A DNA stretch of 54,064 bases, filler included, from Bilabrum cf. latius (lineage: Eukaryota): NCBI GenBank assembly GCA_965178125.1. It is 2 parts of 2 records of this genome, joined end to end, with 100 filler letters (N's around TTAATTAATTAA, not from the genome) between each part and the next. Parts side by side here need not be neighbours in the genome. Positions count along the whole stretch, not along the records: positions 1 to 27,068 come from CBCXTV010000029.1; 1 more part is not named here. One strand, written 5' to 3'. Made by a program: the position numbers and the translations under genes. This document shows, in pieces, positions 9,759-20,721 of this stretch. The stretch's first letter is position 1. Each line of letters begins with the position of its first letter. The notes under the pieces are model-generated. The model ran no database searches. It was not told the origin of the DNA and worked only from the letters and a program-made list of their open reading frames with translations.

Positions 9759-12491
9759 TTGGGGCATCGGATCAGGACGAAGCTCGCGAAGAGAAGGCGC
9801 GGGTGTCCCCATCCAAAAATCCGCCGCCTTCAAGGCTCATGTTCCCGGATCCTGCATTCGCGAGTTTCGGGAGCAGAAGTGCAAGATCGCCGCTGGACAC
9901 ACAGCGCATGCCATTTCCCGTCTCTGGAGATGTCGGGCTTCCAGGCGCAATTCGGACACCATCGCCAGGACCTCGGGAAGATGACATGTCTGCTGATCTG
10001 CAGGGAAGAGTCCCGCTTCGAGGAGTGGCGACAAAAAAAAGGGGCGCGAGAACTCCACGAGCACATGGGAGCGGTCCTTCGGCTCCCCAATCCAGTGTTT
10101 CCGCAGACCGACAGGGACCCAGATGGACGCGACATCGTCAAAGACCAGGCCCTCTTGGATATCTTCTCCGGCAAGATAACGGACTGGAGCAAATACAATC
10201 CGGCCACTGTTGGGGCGATCCAATCCCATCGAAACGCATGGCTGTGGGCTGAGAACCACACGCCGACGGAATGGCTCATGGTTGTCGAAGATGATATCGA
10301 ACCTCGCGAAGCATGCGTGGATCGGCTACTCGTAGTTCTTCACGCCATCGCGAAAAACCCCAAGGTGACGCAGATGGCCATGTTAGCGGGGTCAGAAGCA
10401 CCGAGAATGGTCACCCTCCAGCGCGAAAACTCCACCTCCATCCACAATTGCGAGCGCCTCTTGGACGTGCGGACCTATCCGGCGCACTGGGTAGACAACA
10501 CATTTGTGGTCCCCTACCACGTCGGCATGGGCCTAAAGTGGTATCTCATCAGCCCGGAGGGGAGGAAGGCGCTCCTGAAGATGCGGATCCCGAACCGAAG
10601 CTTCGAACGCTGCGTCTGGCGCCGCCTCTTCGACACGTTCCAAGGGCCGGTATGGAAGTGGGGAGATTGCCTCCGCATGACATCTGTGCTGGCAGCCAGC
10701 CCGGTCCTCGCATCGACTCCCGAAAGCATGGACACGGAGTGGGGGGGCTCGGGACGACGAAGTGCGGATGCAGGGCACAGTATGAAACCGTACATAATGA
10801 TCGACCCGAGTGACGACTGGACTCTTGGCGAGCGATTAAACACATTGTCCGTCGTGATGTCCGTGTGCGCGGCCCTGAGTTGGGGGGTTGTCCTCGTCTG
10901 GGAAAAAACAGAGCGCGTGCCCATCTCCTACGAAGACTTGTGCGGTGTTCACGAGCACGCCGGCGAAACCAACACGTTCGTCCACCTCCTCCAGGACAAA
11001 CGCGGCGGGTCGTATTCGTACTTCCTGAGGTACGGAGACATCCGCATCCACGTGGTGCAGCCGATGATGTGCATCCCCACCCTCGACAGAATGCTCGACA
11101 TGGTAGCCATGAAGAGGCCCAAGATGAACACCCTGCCTCCCTTGAAATGGCAGACCGCTCGATGGATCCAAGTCAAGCAGAAGTGGATCGATAAACTCCA
11201 CACGGAGATGCCGGGGGCCGAGCTGCCCTCATGGCTGGAGTGGCCACCCTCAACCCACGCGCTTGTCCTCTGCGACGACAGGGACTTGGCGGCGCATTGC
11301 CTCGAGGGGAGATGCCAAGAGGAGCAGCAGGAGTGGATGAACGGCGGGAAGGACAACAGCATCCAGTACTACATCCTTGAGGCAAAGCAGGCGCTGCAGA
11401 ACGAGTTGGAAGACATCCTAAAGGGGGACAGCAGCTCGCGCCTCGTCGTGATCCGCATGACAACCAAACCGCTGGGACAGGTCTGGGTGGACATGATGAA
11501 GCACCTCACGAAGCAGTTCAGGGAGCGCATCATAACGCCAACGTTCCTCCTCCCGAAAATGATCCCCAAAAGGAGGCACGACGAGAAGAACCCGAGTGAT
11601 GATTGGATTACTTGGGGAGCATCCTTGGCGAAAACCGTGGGCCTCCTCACGCTCATACCTCCGATGCAAGTGCACTATCCCATCATGAGCTGGACCGTGG
11701 CCTGGAACCACTTCATGTTTAAGGGCAGGACTGCCACGGACACCGTGATCCCAGACGTCATCCGAACTCTGTACGCTCCGCACAAGAGCAACAGGAAGCA
11801 GCTCCTCAAGAACGGCCCGCTGTGCCAGACGAGGCGCGCCGTGCTGGACTCGCCCGCACTGCGGGACATTGCGAACAACTACTCAAGGGCCAAGGACAAG
11901 ACCTATAACCTCTTGAGTTATTCCAAATGGTTTGCCGAGGAAGCCATGTGGCACATGATCAAGTACGCGGAAAGCACGCAGTGCATCGTCGACCCGTTCG
12001 TGAGCCGCCAGTGCCAAAAGGTCTTCGAGCACATCCCCTCGGACGACATCGGCCATGCGGACGCCCGGCTCCGGTACAACCTTCAGGATGCCGACGACCG
12101 AGGTTACCGCTTCAACGCGGGGCATCTCTACACCGCGGTGCAGGGCATCAAAACGGTGAACATCGCATACAACAAGTGGCTCACCGAGCAGGCACAGAGT
12201 CATTCCGAATGGAGCTGGGGCAAAACGTTCATCAAGCTTGTGATCAACCAGTGGCGGCAGCAGCAGGGCAGTGAGCCGTATGACGTGGACGAGGAGGAGT
12301 ACGTGAGCCTTCCGCGGACCTTCCACGGGAATTCGTTGAAGCTCGCGAGGAGCGTAAGCCACAAGGACACGAGATCCTGCTCCAGATCGTCCTCATCCTA
12401 TTCCAGGTCGCCCTCCACCAACAGGACTGAGGCACAGCCTTCGAAGAGAGCGCGCCTGACCCCGGCACCCGGCGTAAAGCACGAGCCCTGA
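9759..12491 (+). CDS. Putative multidomain glycosyltransferase (GT25-like N-terminal domain, then a fucosyltransferase-like segment); first ATG at 9930
   Basis: 910-codon open frame. GAIQSHRNAW...WLMVVEDD...YLISPEGRKALL resembles the GT25 pattern GCxxSHxxxW...ILEDD...YxxSxxGAxxLL. LGERLNTLSVVMSVCAALSWGVVLVW resembles the GLGNRL...W start of fucosyltransferase domains. Confidence 0.65.
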   Translation: MGHRIRTKLAKRRRGCPHPKIRRLQGSCSRILHSRVSGAEVQDRRWTHSACHFPSLEMSGFQAQFGHHRQDLGKMTCLLICREESRFEEWRQKKGARELHEHMGAVLRLPNPVFPQTDRDPDGRDIVKDQALLDIFSGKITDWSKYNPATVGAIQSHRNAWLWAENHTPTEWLMVVEDDIEPREACVDRLLVVLHAIAKNPKVTQMAMLAGSEAPRMVTLQRENSTSIHNCERLLDVRTYPAHWVDNTFVVPYHVGMGLKWYLISPEGRKALLKMRIPNRSFERCVWRRLFDTFQGPVWKWGDCLRMTSVLAASPVLASTPESMDTEWGGSGRRSADAGHSMKPYIMIDPSDDWTLGERLNTLSVVMSVCAALSWGVVLVWEKTERVPISYEDLCGVHEHAGETNTFVHLLQDKRGGSYSYFLRYGDIRIHVVQPMMCIPTLDRMLDMVAMKRPKMNTLPPLKWQTARWIQVKQKWIDKLHTEMPGAELPSWLEWPPSTHALVLCDDRDLAAHCLEGRCQEEQQEWMNGGKDNSIQYYILEAKQALQNELEDILKGDSSSRLVVIRMTTKPLGQVWVDMMKHLTKQFRERIITPTFLLPKMIPKRRHDEKNPSDDWITWGASLAKTVGLLTLIPPMQVHYPIMSWTVAWNHFMFKGRTATDTVIPDVIRTLYAPHKSNRKQLLKNGPLCQTRRAVLDSPALRDIANNYSRAKDKTYNLLSYSKWFAEEAMWHMIKYAESTQCIVDPFVSRQCQKVFEHIPSDDIGHADARLRYNLQDADDRGYRFNAGHLYTAVQGIKTVNIAYNKWLTEQAQSHSEWSWGKTFIKLVINQWRQQQGSEPYDVDEEEYVSLPRTFHGNSLKLARSVSHKDTRSCSRSSSSYSRSPSTNRTEAQPSKRARLTPAPGVKHEP

Positions 12492-13365
12492 CGACGAAAT
12501 GCCGCGGAACAGCGCGTTGCGAGGAGACAAAGCTCCGCAGGCAACAGCAGAAGGCCGCCGAGCGCCGGAGTTGGAGGGTCACATAGTTCCATCGGTCCCA
12601 TTCTCTCCGGAAGTCGCATAGCACGTGGAGATCCGCATGCTCTCGGTGCATGAACGCTGGCAGCACGCAGTGCCAAAGTCGCAAAGCGCTTCAGAGTCAC
12701 AAGTCCAGAAGTTCTTCTGCCAATGTGTGTCCTCTTCCCACTCATGTGTGCATCCTCGGAGGAAGTCTGGAGATGACAGGACCCAGCACGCACCACATCA
12801 GAAGTCCTTTTTTAAAGCGGCATCGTCAGACAAAAATCTGGAACGCCCTTCCGCAAAAAAGAGTGCTGCCCACAGAAAAAAGGGAAACACCTGAGGCCCC
12901 AGAAGCCAAAGGGAGGACCGCGAAGGACGCAGTTTCGAGGTCACACTTTCCGGGACCAGTTTTGAGCCCAAAAAGGGGTACACAAGAGGAAAACACGATG
13001 CGGGAGGCTTGAAATTGTCACCGAAAACGGGCCCAAAATTGGGACCCCTTTTTCGCAAATTTCGCAGCATCCAGACGACCCAGAAAGGCTTTCCCAGGCG
13101 CCGCCTCGAAGCTCACCTTCTCGCATGCAACCATGACGCAGCCCCACCTCCTCATGCAGACGCGTCTGAGAGACCCCGCAGTGGAACTTCTCCCATTCTG
13201 CGCAGGAAGCACTTCAGTCTACAAGGACCCGCGCACTTCTTACCGCACCACCTCCATGTGAAAGCACTTCTCGCGGAGTTTTTTTCGGGCCCAGGAATAC
13301 AGCAACTGCCAGAAGCTTCGCACAGAAAAGCAGCCCACTCAGGAAGCAAACTCACTGCACACCCC

Positions 13366-13836
13366 ATGGCGAGCGACGCAGAACCGGAGGACGCAATGCG
13401 GCTCGACTCCCCTAGAGATGCGGATGCAGCGGCGCCACCCGAAGCGACGGAGGCAGGATCACAGAAACCAGATCATGCGCAGCAGTTCTTCGAGGAGCCC
13501 TGCCCGAAAGACGGACACATGGAAGCGCTAGAGAAGACCGCCAAGACGGACGAACCTGGCGACACACCCTTGTTCGTCGACAAGTGGACGGCAGCGATCA
13601 CACGCCTTACCGAGGAGCGCAAGGCTCTCAAGCTCGAGCAGCGGGCTAAAACGAAGGCCATCCGCAAAACCATCCGGCAGAAAAGGCGCACCATGAAGAA
13701 CGCCAAAAAACTCACAGACGACGAGCTCGCCCAAATCGTGCTAGACAGGAAGATCTTGCAGTTGGTGCAAAAAGAAGAGATCGCAGCACGCAGCTCCGCC
13801 AACTCCTCAACGAGCCAGGCGAAGTCGACCTTGTGA
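13366..13836 (+). CDS. Small basic coiled-coil protein (156 aa), conserved between elements A and B
   Basis: ATG at 13366 within ORF 13009-13836. ITRLTEERKALKLEQRAKTKAIRKTIRQKRRTMKNAKKLTDDELAQIVLDR aligns without gaps to 36967-37401. Confidence 0.75.
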   Translation: MASDAEPEDAMRLDSPRDADAAAPPEATEAGSQKPDHAQQFFEEPCPKDGHMEALEKTAKTDEPGDTPLFVDKWTAAITRLTEERKALKLEQRAKTKAIRKTIRQKRRTMKNAKKLTDDELAQIVLDRKILQLVQKEEIAARSSANSSTSQAKSTL

Positions 13837-14195
13837 GAAGCGCTTCCCGTGTTCAGAGAACCGAGGATTACAGATAGACCCCGCGTCACAGAAGCCATCG
13901 CAAGAGGGCAGAGCGTCAAGTACAGCGCAGTCTTGACGGACACAGATAGCCCGAGCAGCACAAAGCAGCGGATGCGGCTGCCCAGCGGAGTCGCGCACTC
14001 GGACAGCATACACGGGACGTGCTGGCAGAAATCACTCAGTCCGCGAGCACCGTCGTCAAGAGCACGGGAGGGGCAGACTCGACATGCACAATTTTGAAAA
14101 ACGGGAGGGGCACGAAAGGAAGACAAATTTGGCATTAATCCTTGATTACCCCCGCCCCCCCGTAGAATCAGAGCGAGGAGATATGCTCGGAAGGT

Positions 14196-14503
14196 CCGGG
14201 GGGCAGTCGCAGAAAAGTGCACGCGAAAATAAGAGGAAAGGAGACCCCCCAAACCCACGTAGTGCGATCCTGGGTGGTACCCTCTAAGGTACTAAGAATC
14301 CTTCCCCCGAAAATCGCACTACATCGGTCCCTGGCGTCGGGGAAAGCGGAAAAAAGGGGAGCACTACCGTGAAAAAATCCTGCATTTTACAGGAAAATCG
14401 GAGCACTACGTGTCAAAAACTGGGGGTTTTTGAGGTTTTTTTTCCAGAAAAACGGCATTTTTTTATGTAAAAACCGCGCGAAACGAGCACTACCGAGCAC
14501 TAC
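14196..14503. promoter_or_regulatory. Candidate origin/terminus of element A: inverted repeat plus iterated GCACTAC motifs
   Basis: GTAGTGCGAT (14259-14268) pairs with ATCGCACTAC (14313-14322) around an inner GTACC-CTCTAA-GGTAC. GAGCACTAC occurs at 14359, 14401, 14485 and 14495. Lies between the coiled-coil gene and Rep. Confidence 0.5.
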
Positions 14504-15012
14504 ATCGCCTCCTCCAGTCGTGTTTCGCATTTTTTTCGCTGGCCGAAAATGTCTCCGAAGGCGCTGCCTCGAGGGGGGGTTCCGATGGCTGATTTTGGGC
14601 GTTCTGTTGTCGATTTCGCGTGCATTTCAGGTTGTCGGCGAGGCCTTTTTGGCGTATGTCGCAGGTTCGGATGCCCTCGAACGTCGTGTCTCATGTGGTA
14701 TTCGCCGGTTTCTATGTTGGAGAAGGCGGTCGGTCGGTCATCCTCTCTGGCAGGCTCCGAAGTGCGTTTGTGATCGTGCTAATTGCAACGCCATGCTTTC
14801 CTTCGTTGGCTTCGAGAATCCTTCCCTCGGAAGCGGTACTACCTCGCCCAGGGCGGCACGAGCTGCAGACTCAGCTGCCTCGGTGCTCATGTGTGTCCCG
14901 TGTCAGCAGTTTCGGTGTTACGAACAGCAAGGATTCTGGGCATTGCGTGTCGGAGGCAAGTGTTCTATCTTGAGGCATTCCGCGATTCGTCGAAGGATTA
15001 TTTGCGCAAATA

Positions 15013-17298
15013 ATGTCGGCTCCGTTCAAGGGCGAAACGATGAGTTTGTCTGTTGCCGAGTCGCTGAAGTCCCGAGTCGCATCCTGCTCCTGGGATCCCG
15101 CGTGGGTTTCCGCGAGCTGCGTGCCGTGCGATGGCCTCCCCACAAGCCAGGAGTCAGAAGCGTCCACGACGGCGACCTCTGCTTTGTTAGGGGTGTCCGA
15201 GGCGTCCCCAACGTGCTCGTGTGGCCTCGGTGTCTCCAATTCGGTGGCTGCAGCGCGCGCGGCCGCTGTCCCGAGTTTTGGCTTTGACGATGCGGAGAAC
15301 GACTTCGACGCCAGTCTCGACATGATTGAGGCCTCATGCGAGGTCGCATGCGAGGCAGAATGCGAGGGCGATCCGGGAGCCTGCTTGTTGTCCCACGGCA
15401 AGTCGAGCGGTCAGTGGCAGATCGGCGTAGTGGGTGAACGAGTCCTTTATGAGGGCCTCAGCGTTGAGGGCGACATTCCTGGCCGCGTTGCTGCCTCCGA
15501 AGCGCTCGCCGCGGGTGTCATCAATTTGGAACCCCCGTCAGAGGAAGTACTTTTGCCGGTGCAGCTTCTGCGGAGTAGTCAAGGTTACCGTGGGGTTCTG
15601 CCCATCGAGGATTCTGCGCCCGATGCGAGGGGGCGACCGCAGATGCTCATGCTTCCCGATTTCGTGCCCCCCGTGAAGAGGCGGCGTCTTCGGCAGAAGT
15701 GCGACCCTGCTGAGGGCGATGCAGCACCGAGTCTTGCGGCTCATCTCGGACCTCCGCCCGCGGCTCGTGCCGCGGCCGGAGCGTCTGGGCCGCAGCGCTC
15801 GACTGGAAGGCCTTCGACTCGTCCTATTGATAGTGTCATCTATCGTCTCCTGCGGGTTTTCCCTGACGATTTCAAGTTGGCGTTTCCGGCGTCGGTGTCA
15901 CACCAGCGGAAGCGGTGCCTCATCAGGGAGGCGCTTCGCAATGTACCCGGTGACCGCATGTGCATCTTGAAAGACTGGGCTGCGGGGGCGGAGGACACTC
16001 CTTGCCAGCTTCGTTTCGAGGAGCTCTTCCCGGAGCTTGCGCGGCAGCGGGACGAAGTTGTGAGGAATCCGGGATCGCATTCAGTGCCCGTGGGCGAGAT
16101 TGTGCCTGCGTCCGACAAGAACACGAGGCGGGGAAGGGCCGTGATGCTTACCTTTCACGGTCGCTGGGGTGTCGAAAAGGAGCCTGTGCGCGACATCATG
16201 TCGGCATCCGTGGCAAGGGGCGTCCTGAGGCGATTGGTTCTCGCGTCTCCGTTCTATGTGGAGCTTTGGGCCACCTTCAAGGCATGGGCGCAGGACATCG
16301 CGCGGCGGATGATGTGGCCTCAGCTGTCCATGAAAATGGAGCTCTCCCTGCACCGCAAGCACGCCGCAAACTTGGTGCACTTCCACGTATGCATGACGGA
16401 TTCCGAGAAGTCGCATCGTTGTCGCGTGGCGGAGGATTTCATGTGGGCCGGCAGCAGGCCGAATGTCGTCTACGGCTCCGGGCGGTCAGCGAAGGCGCAG
16501 GAACGTGGCGCGTCGGAGTTACACTATTATTGTCAAGCTCCCAAAGTCGGTGCGCTGCTTTGCGCCACGAACTACCGAGCCGGACGCGATTTCGTCGTCA
16601 ATGGTAAGTTCGTGCACGCGTTGTTCGCACGCTTCAAAATGGATCCGGACGTCGCGAGAAGGGAACTCGTGGCGTATCGGTGTCGGGACGCCGAGAACTT
16701 AGTGCGCGCCATCGACTTCCACATACAGAATGCCGCGGAGAGGAGAGAGGTGTGCGCGCAGGCCGCGGTGCACGTAGTGACGAAGCTCCGCCCCTTTAAG
16801 GTGGTGCCCGAAGTCGAGAAGTGGCGCGAGAGCTATCGTCAGGAGTGGTTCGCGCACATGCGCTTCAAGTTCCTTGTCTTGGTGGGGGACTCCCGGTTCG
16901 GGAAGACAGTGTACGCGCGGAATCTCTTCGGGAGCGAAAGGACTCTTGTTGTGAACTGTCAGGGCAGTGTGGAACCTCCGCTCCGTGGCTTCGATCGAAG
17001 TCGGCATGTGGCCATTGTGTTCGACGAGGCAAATGCCCTGTGGGTCGTCAACAACAAACAGGTCTTTCAGGCTGGCCTTGACCCCTCCCTGCTCGGCCAG
17101 AGCAAGACGAACAGCCTCGCATACTCTGTGTGGCTCCACGGTATCGCCCTGATCATCTGCACGAATTCGTGGGGCTCTGACGTGACGGAGTCGGTGGACC
17201 GCGATTGGCTTGACAACAACTGCACGAAAGTGGAGGTGAAAGATCGGCTCTACTTCGACGAGGACTTGTTGTCTCTCACGGATGTGCAGAAGAGCTGA
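15013..17298 (+). CDS. rep: CRESS/geminivirus-like replication initiator: HUH endonuclease + superfamily 3 helicase
   Basis: Motif I VMLTF, motif II VHFHV, motif III HYYCQAPK, Walker A GDSRFGKT, Walker B IVFDEA, motif C IICTN. Long low-complexity N-terminal extension. Confidence 0.9.
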   Translation: MSAPFKGETMSLSVAESLKSRVASCSWDPAWVSASCVPCDGLPTSQESEASTTATSALLGVSEASPTCSCGLGVSNSVAAARAAAVPSFGFDDAENDFDASLDMIEASCEVACEAECEGDPGACLLSHGKSSGQWQIGVVGERVLYEGLSVEGDIPGRVAASEALAAGVINLEPPSEEVLLPVQLLRSSQGYRGVLPIEDSAPDARGRPQMLMLPDFVPPVKRRRLRQKCDPAEGDAAPSLAAHLGPPPAARAAAGASGPQRSTGRPSTRPIDSVIYRLLRVFPDDFKLAFPASVSHQRKRCLIREALRNVPGDRMCILKDWAAGAEDTPCQLRFEELFPELARQRDEVVRNPGSHSVPVGEIVPASDKNTRRGRAVMLTFHGRWGVEKEPVRDIMSASVARGVLRRLVLASPFYVELWATFKAWAQDIARRMMWPQLSMKMELSLHRKHAANLVHFHVCMTDSEKSHRCRVAEDFMWAGSRPNVVYGSGRSAKAQERGASELHYYCQAPKVGALLCATNYRAGRDFVVNGKFVHALFARFKMDPDVARRELVAYRCRDAENLVRAIDFHIQNAAERREVCAQAAVHVVTKLRPFKVVPEVEKWRESYRQEWFAHMRFKFLVLVGDSRFGKTVYARNLFGSERTLVVNCQGSVEPPLRGFDRSRHVAIVFDEANALWVVNNKQVFQAGLDPSLLGQSKTNSLAYSVWLHGIALIICTNSWGSDVTESVDRDWLDNNCTKVEVKDRLYFDEDLLSLTDVQKS

Positions 17299-17702
17299 CG
17301 CCGGCCGCTGAGGTTTTCAGTCCGGTTCACACGAGCGCCGGAGCCGCAGCGGCAGCCGCTTCGGTGCTCCTGAAGGTCTAATGTCCTCAATGCGTTTCGT
17401 GTGCAAAAAGGATGTGGTTTCTACATGGGGGCATTCCGCAAGTTTCATGTGGTCCGTCGCGTTCGTCCGGGGGAGTGCTTGCCTAGTATTGGGAGCTTGC
17501 CTGACACACACACACGTGGCACCCAGCCTGATGGGTTGCAAGTGTGTGTGTGTCTCCGCAGTGCCGCGGTTGGGACCCGGCGGGTCGTTTGCTTTTACGT
17601 CGCCGCGTCGCGCGCCGACGAGACATTTCTTGGTCTCAGAAGCCTCTGCTTCCGGTAGGCGCGCCGTGTACGCTCGCGGGCCGAAGGTGGGTGCGTTGCT
17701 TG

Positions 17703-18395
17703 ATGGCCTACGTCGGTATCGCCGATGCACCGTATGTGCCCGTGGTTGCCGCGTCGACCTCCGAGCACGCCCCGGAGGGCGAGGTGGAGATGATGCTTGC
17801 GCCTCTTGCCGGAGATGTCGGTTTCAAGCGGCCTCGCGTGTTTCCTCCCGGTTCGCGACTTCTTCCTAAGTCGCCGGCCCATCCGGCGGTGCTCATAACA
17901 GCGCTCGGCAGTGAGGCACCCCAGGACACACAGTGCGTCGTTTGGTCGGACTCTAAGGCTTTCGACCTCGCGGAGTTTGTATGCTCTTCCTGCGGCTGCA
18001 ATCGTGTCATGGCGGACCTGAATCATCGTATGCGTGATCGTCTCGTACGTCGCGTGCAGCGCACGCTTTATGCCGATGATTCTCCGTGCGGCAGGGGTGC
18101 GATTTCGTGTCGTGCTTGTCGCGAGAAGGCGCGCGACGCGGCGCCGAAGACGTCGATTATGAACGCGGCGAACAAGAAGAAGATCTCGGGAACTCTTCGC
18201 ATGCAGTTGGATCTCATTGTAGAGACCGGGGAGCGGAAGGGTCAGCGTTGTACTGCGGAGAAAATTCTGACATTGGGAACGATGAAGCAGCACAGGGTTT
18301 TCGAGAGGGACCTTTACGATGAGGCATGGCGCGGGCTTGTTCGTCTGTCTGGACGCGAGGCTTGGAGCGATGACGACTCGTGGTCTCCGCGTTGA
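17703..18395 (+). CDS. Hypothetical protein with two CxxC pairs (230 aa)
   Basis: ATG at 17703 in ORF 17544-18395; FVCSSC...ISCRAC; co-oriented with the array. Confidence 0.55.
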   Translation: MAYVGIADAPYVPVVAASTSEHAPEGEVEMMLAPLAGDVGFKRPRVFPPGSRLLPKSPAHPAVLITALGSEAPQDTQCVVWSDSKAFDLAEFVCSSCGCNRVMADLNHRMRDRLVRRVQRTLYADDSPCGRGAISCRACREKARDAAPKTSIMNAANKKKISGTLRMQLDLIVETGERKGQRCTAEKILTLGTMKQHRVFERDLYDEAWRGLVRLSGREAWSDDDSWSPR

Positions 18396-19513
18396 GCTTG
18401 CGTGACGGTTTTCCCTCTTAACCTGGCCTCTTGCGTGGCGCTGCTTCCGCGTGTGGCCTGAGCGTGCGACCTGAGCGTTCGGCCTGCTGTCGCGTGTGAC
18501 CTGAGCGAACGGGCGCTCGACAGTATCCCGCGTTTGTTGCTTCTGGGGTTCAAGAAACTTGTACTTTTTGGGCTGTACGGTGGTCAGTGGTGCACGGTTC
18601 GTTCGCAGCCTCCGCGTTGTTGGAAAGCTATGGTGGAGCATGGTTCTTTTCGCAGCCTCCGCGTTGTGATCAAGCTACGGTGGAGCATGGTTCGTGAGCA
18701 TGGTTCTTTTCGCAGCCTCCGCGTTGTTGACACGTGAAAGCTACGCGAACGTGACCACACAATAGGCCATACCCCAGGTGAAATCCGGACTCGGACATCC
18801 AGACGAAACGGCATCATGCACACTGTTGAACACACAAATGACACTGAGCTCCACCGTAACGTAACTTTCCATCACCACCTGGTTTATTTTCTCCGCGATG
18901 GCAGCTTGGCGGTGACGCTGTGTCTTCGGGCATGAAGGGGCAAATCTTTGATTTTTTGGGCCCTGTTTCGGTCACCGAAAAGTCGTGTGATTTCTGGCGC
19001 GCAGGAGGAGTGACGCAAGGTATTTCTGAACCGTTTTCCGGACGCTTTCCGGGCCTCCCATGTGACCGCTTTTTGCGTACCGAAACACGTTCCGCGCGTG
19101 TGGAGCAGATGCGGATCTCCGCGGGTCCTAGTTGTGTCCTTTTTCGGGGGACGAAATCGGGCGCACTTGTCGTGCCGATTCGTGGTCGTCTCTGAGACCG
19201 GCTGCGAGTCGGGAAAGGTGCCCGGGAGATGCTCGTGTCCTTGGCTTCGTATTTCTCCGCGTATTCTTCAAACGCGGGCGCACGTCTCCTACCGATTCGT
19301 GGTCGGTTTCCGAGGCCGATCGCGAGTCGGGAAATGCGCCCGCGATGCGCTCTCGATCTCGGAAAGGGCGGGAGTCCGTTCTTGCATTCGGAATGGGCGG
19401 GGAGTTGCTTTTCCTGGGAGCATGTGCGAGATTCCTTCTCCGCGGGTCCTCTTTCGGCTTCGGCAGTCAGCAGCGCACTCTGCGGGAACGGCATTCTCCG
19501 AGTCTCTTTGCCG

Positions 19514-20521
19514 ATGATGTCTGAGGAGAAACCGTCCGAGAGCATTGCTGTTTCCTTGGGAGACGGCCGCAATCTTCGTGGGCGTCGAGGCGCCGGTGAT
19601 ATGGGAAACGAGGGCGGCATGTTGGCGCGCGAGGTCGACGCCCCGGCGGAGCACGCCGGCGCGGCGGCAAGCGTCGATGATTCGGGCGGCCCCCACATCG
19701 AGAGCGGCGGCGCGGAGGCGGCGTCCACGGGGATGCTCGGAGAGGAGAGCGGCAAGGCAGCGCCGAAGGAGGACGCCGAAGACGACGGCGGCAAGAAGAC
19801 GGAGGAGGAGGATGCTCGCGGCGGTGGACGTGCTGTGGTGCCCGGAGGTAATGACGACGTATGGACCGACGCAGCAGCTTGGAAGGCGGGTGGCGGCGTG
19901 GCAGCCGGGGCGGTCTCTGGCGCTGATAGCTGGGATCTATGGGGGACCCCTGCGAAGTCGTCATGGGGGGAGACGTACGTGCTGCGGCAGGTCGCGTCGG
20001 AGCCGGCGGAGGAGGCGACATGGACTTGCAACGCGTGCCAGTGCTGCAAGCCCCGGTCGGCGTACTTCAAGAAGTGGAAGGACTGGATCCAACCAGTTTG
20101 CCGGGTGTGTTGCGACAAGTTCGACAACGCGACGCCGTGGTGGGTGTGGTGCAAGAACTGCAAAAACGAGTATCCGGCGTACCGATTTCCCCAGATCCGC
20201 CGGAAGAAGGAGAACTTGCGCTATTTCTTCCCTGAGGACTGGTGCGCGAAGTGCCTGGTTGCGCGTGGCTGGAGTCTCCATGATGTCCGTTCCTCTGCGG
20301 GTGAAGCGAAGCGTTGGGTGCCAAAAGCTGGCGCGAATACCGGTGACGGCGACAACGACGCTCGTGCTCCCGCACGCGACGAGCTTCCTGCAGGAGGCGC
20401 CGCCTCCTGCAGCAACGCCGTGCGTCAGAGTTCTTCGCGTGACGAGGCCTTGGATGACATCAAGCGGGCCATGGAGCTTCTCCAGAATGCGGAAAGGTTC
20501 CTCCTCACGATGCCAGCGTGA
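19514..20521 (+). CDS. Zinc-ribbon protein (four CxxC pairs) with acidic/Gly-rich N-terminus
   Basis: ATG at 19514 in ORF 19229-20521; WTCNAC, VCRVC, WCKNC, WCAKC. Second near-identical copy at about 3700-4690. Confidence 0.65.
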   Translation: MMSEEKPSESIAVSLGDGRNLRGRRGAGDMGNEGGMLAREVDAPAEHAGAAASVDDSGGPHIESGGAEAASTGMLGEESGKAAPKEDAEDDGGKKTEEEDARGGGRAVVPGGNDDVWTDAAAWKAGGGVAAGAVSGADSWDLWGTPAKSSWGETYVLRQVASEPAEEATWTCNACQCCKPRSAYFKKWKDWIQPVCRVCCDKFDNATPWWVWCKNCKNEYPAYRFPQIRRKKENLRYFFPEDWCAKCLVARGWSLHDVRSSAGEAKRWVPKAGANTGDGDNDARAPARDELPAGGAASCSNAVRQSSSRDEALDDIKRAMELLQNAERFLLTMPA

Positions 20522-20721
20522 CGCGGGAGCTTCCCGAATGGGTCCGTCGTACTGTGAGGGCGCTCCGGAAGGAAGAGCGCGAGTGAGTCATCCTTGCGCC
20601 GAGGTGAGCGCGACGTCGGAGGAGCACGGTCGTTTGATTGGGAACGATATGGTCGGCAGAGTGTGAAAATCCGAGTTTCTCGTGCAGGATTGGGCAGCTC
20701 TCTAGATATCTTGCCTGGGAA

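Noticed and set aside
15013-17298. Helitron RepHel assignment
   Set aside because: The helicase has compact SF3 Walker A/B and motif C, not PIF1/SF1 motifs, and the protein is much shorter than RepHel.
18600-18730. Three TTCGCAGCCTCCGCGTTGT repeats as a mini-CRISPR
   Set aside because: The intervening sequences are related to each other; this is a local tandem duplication.
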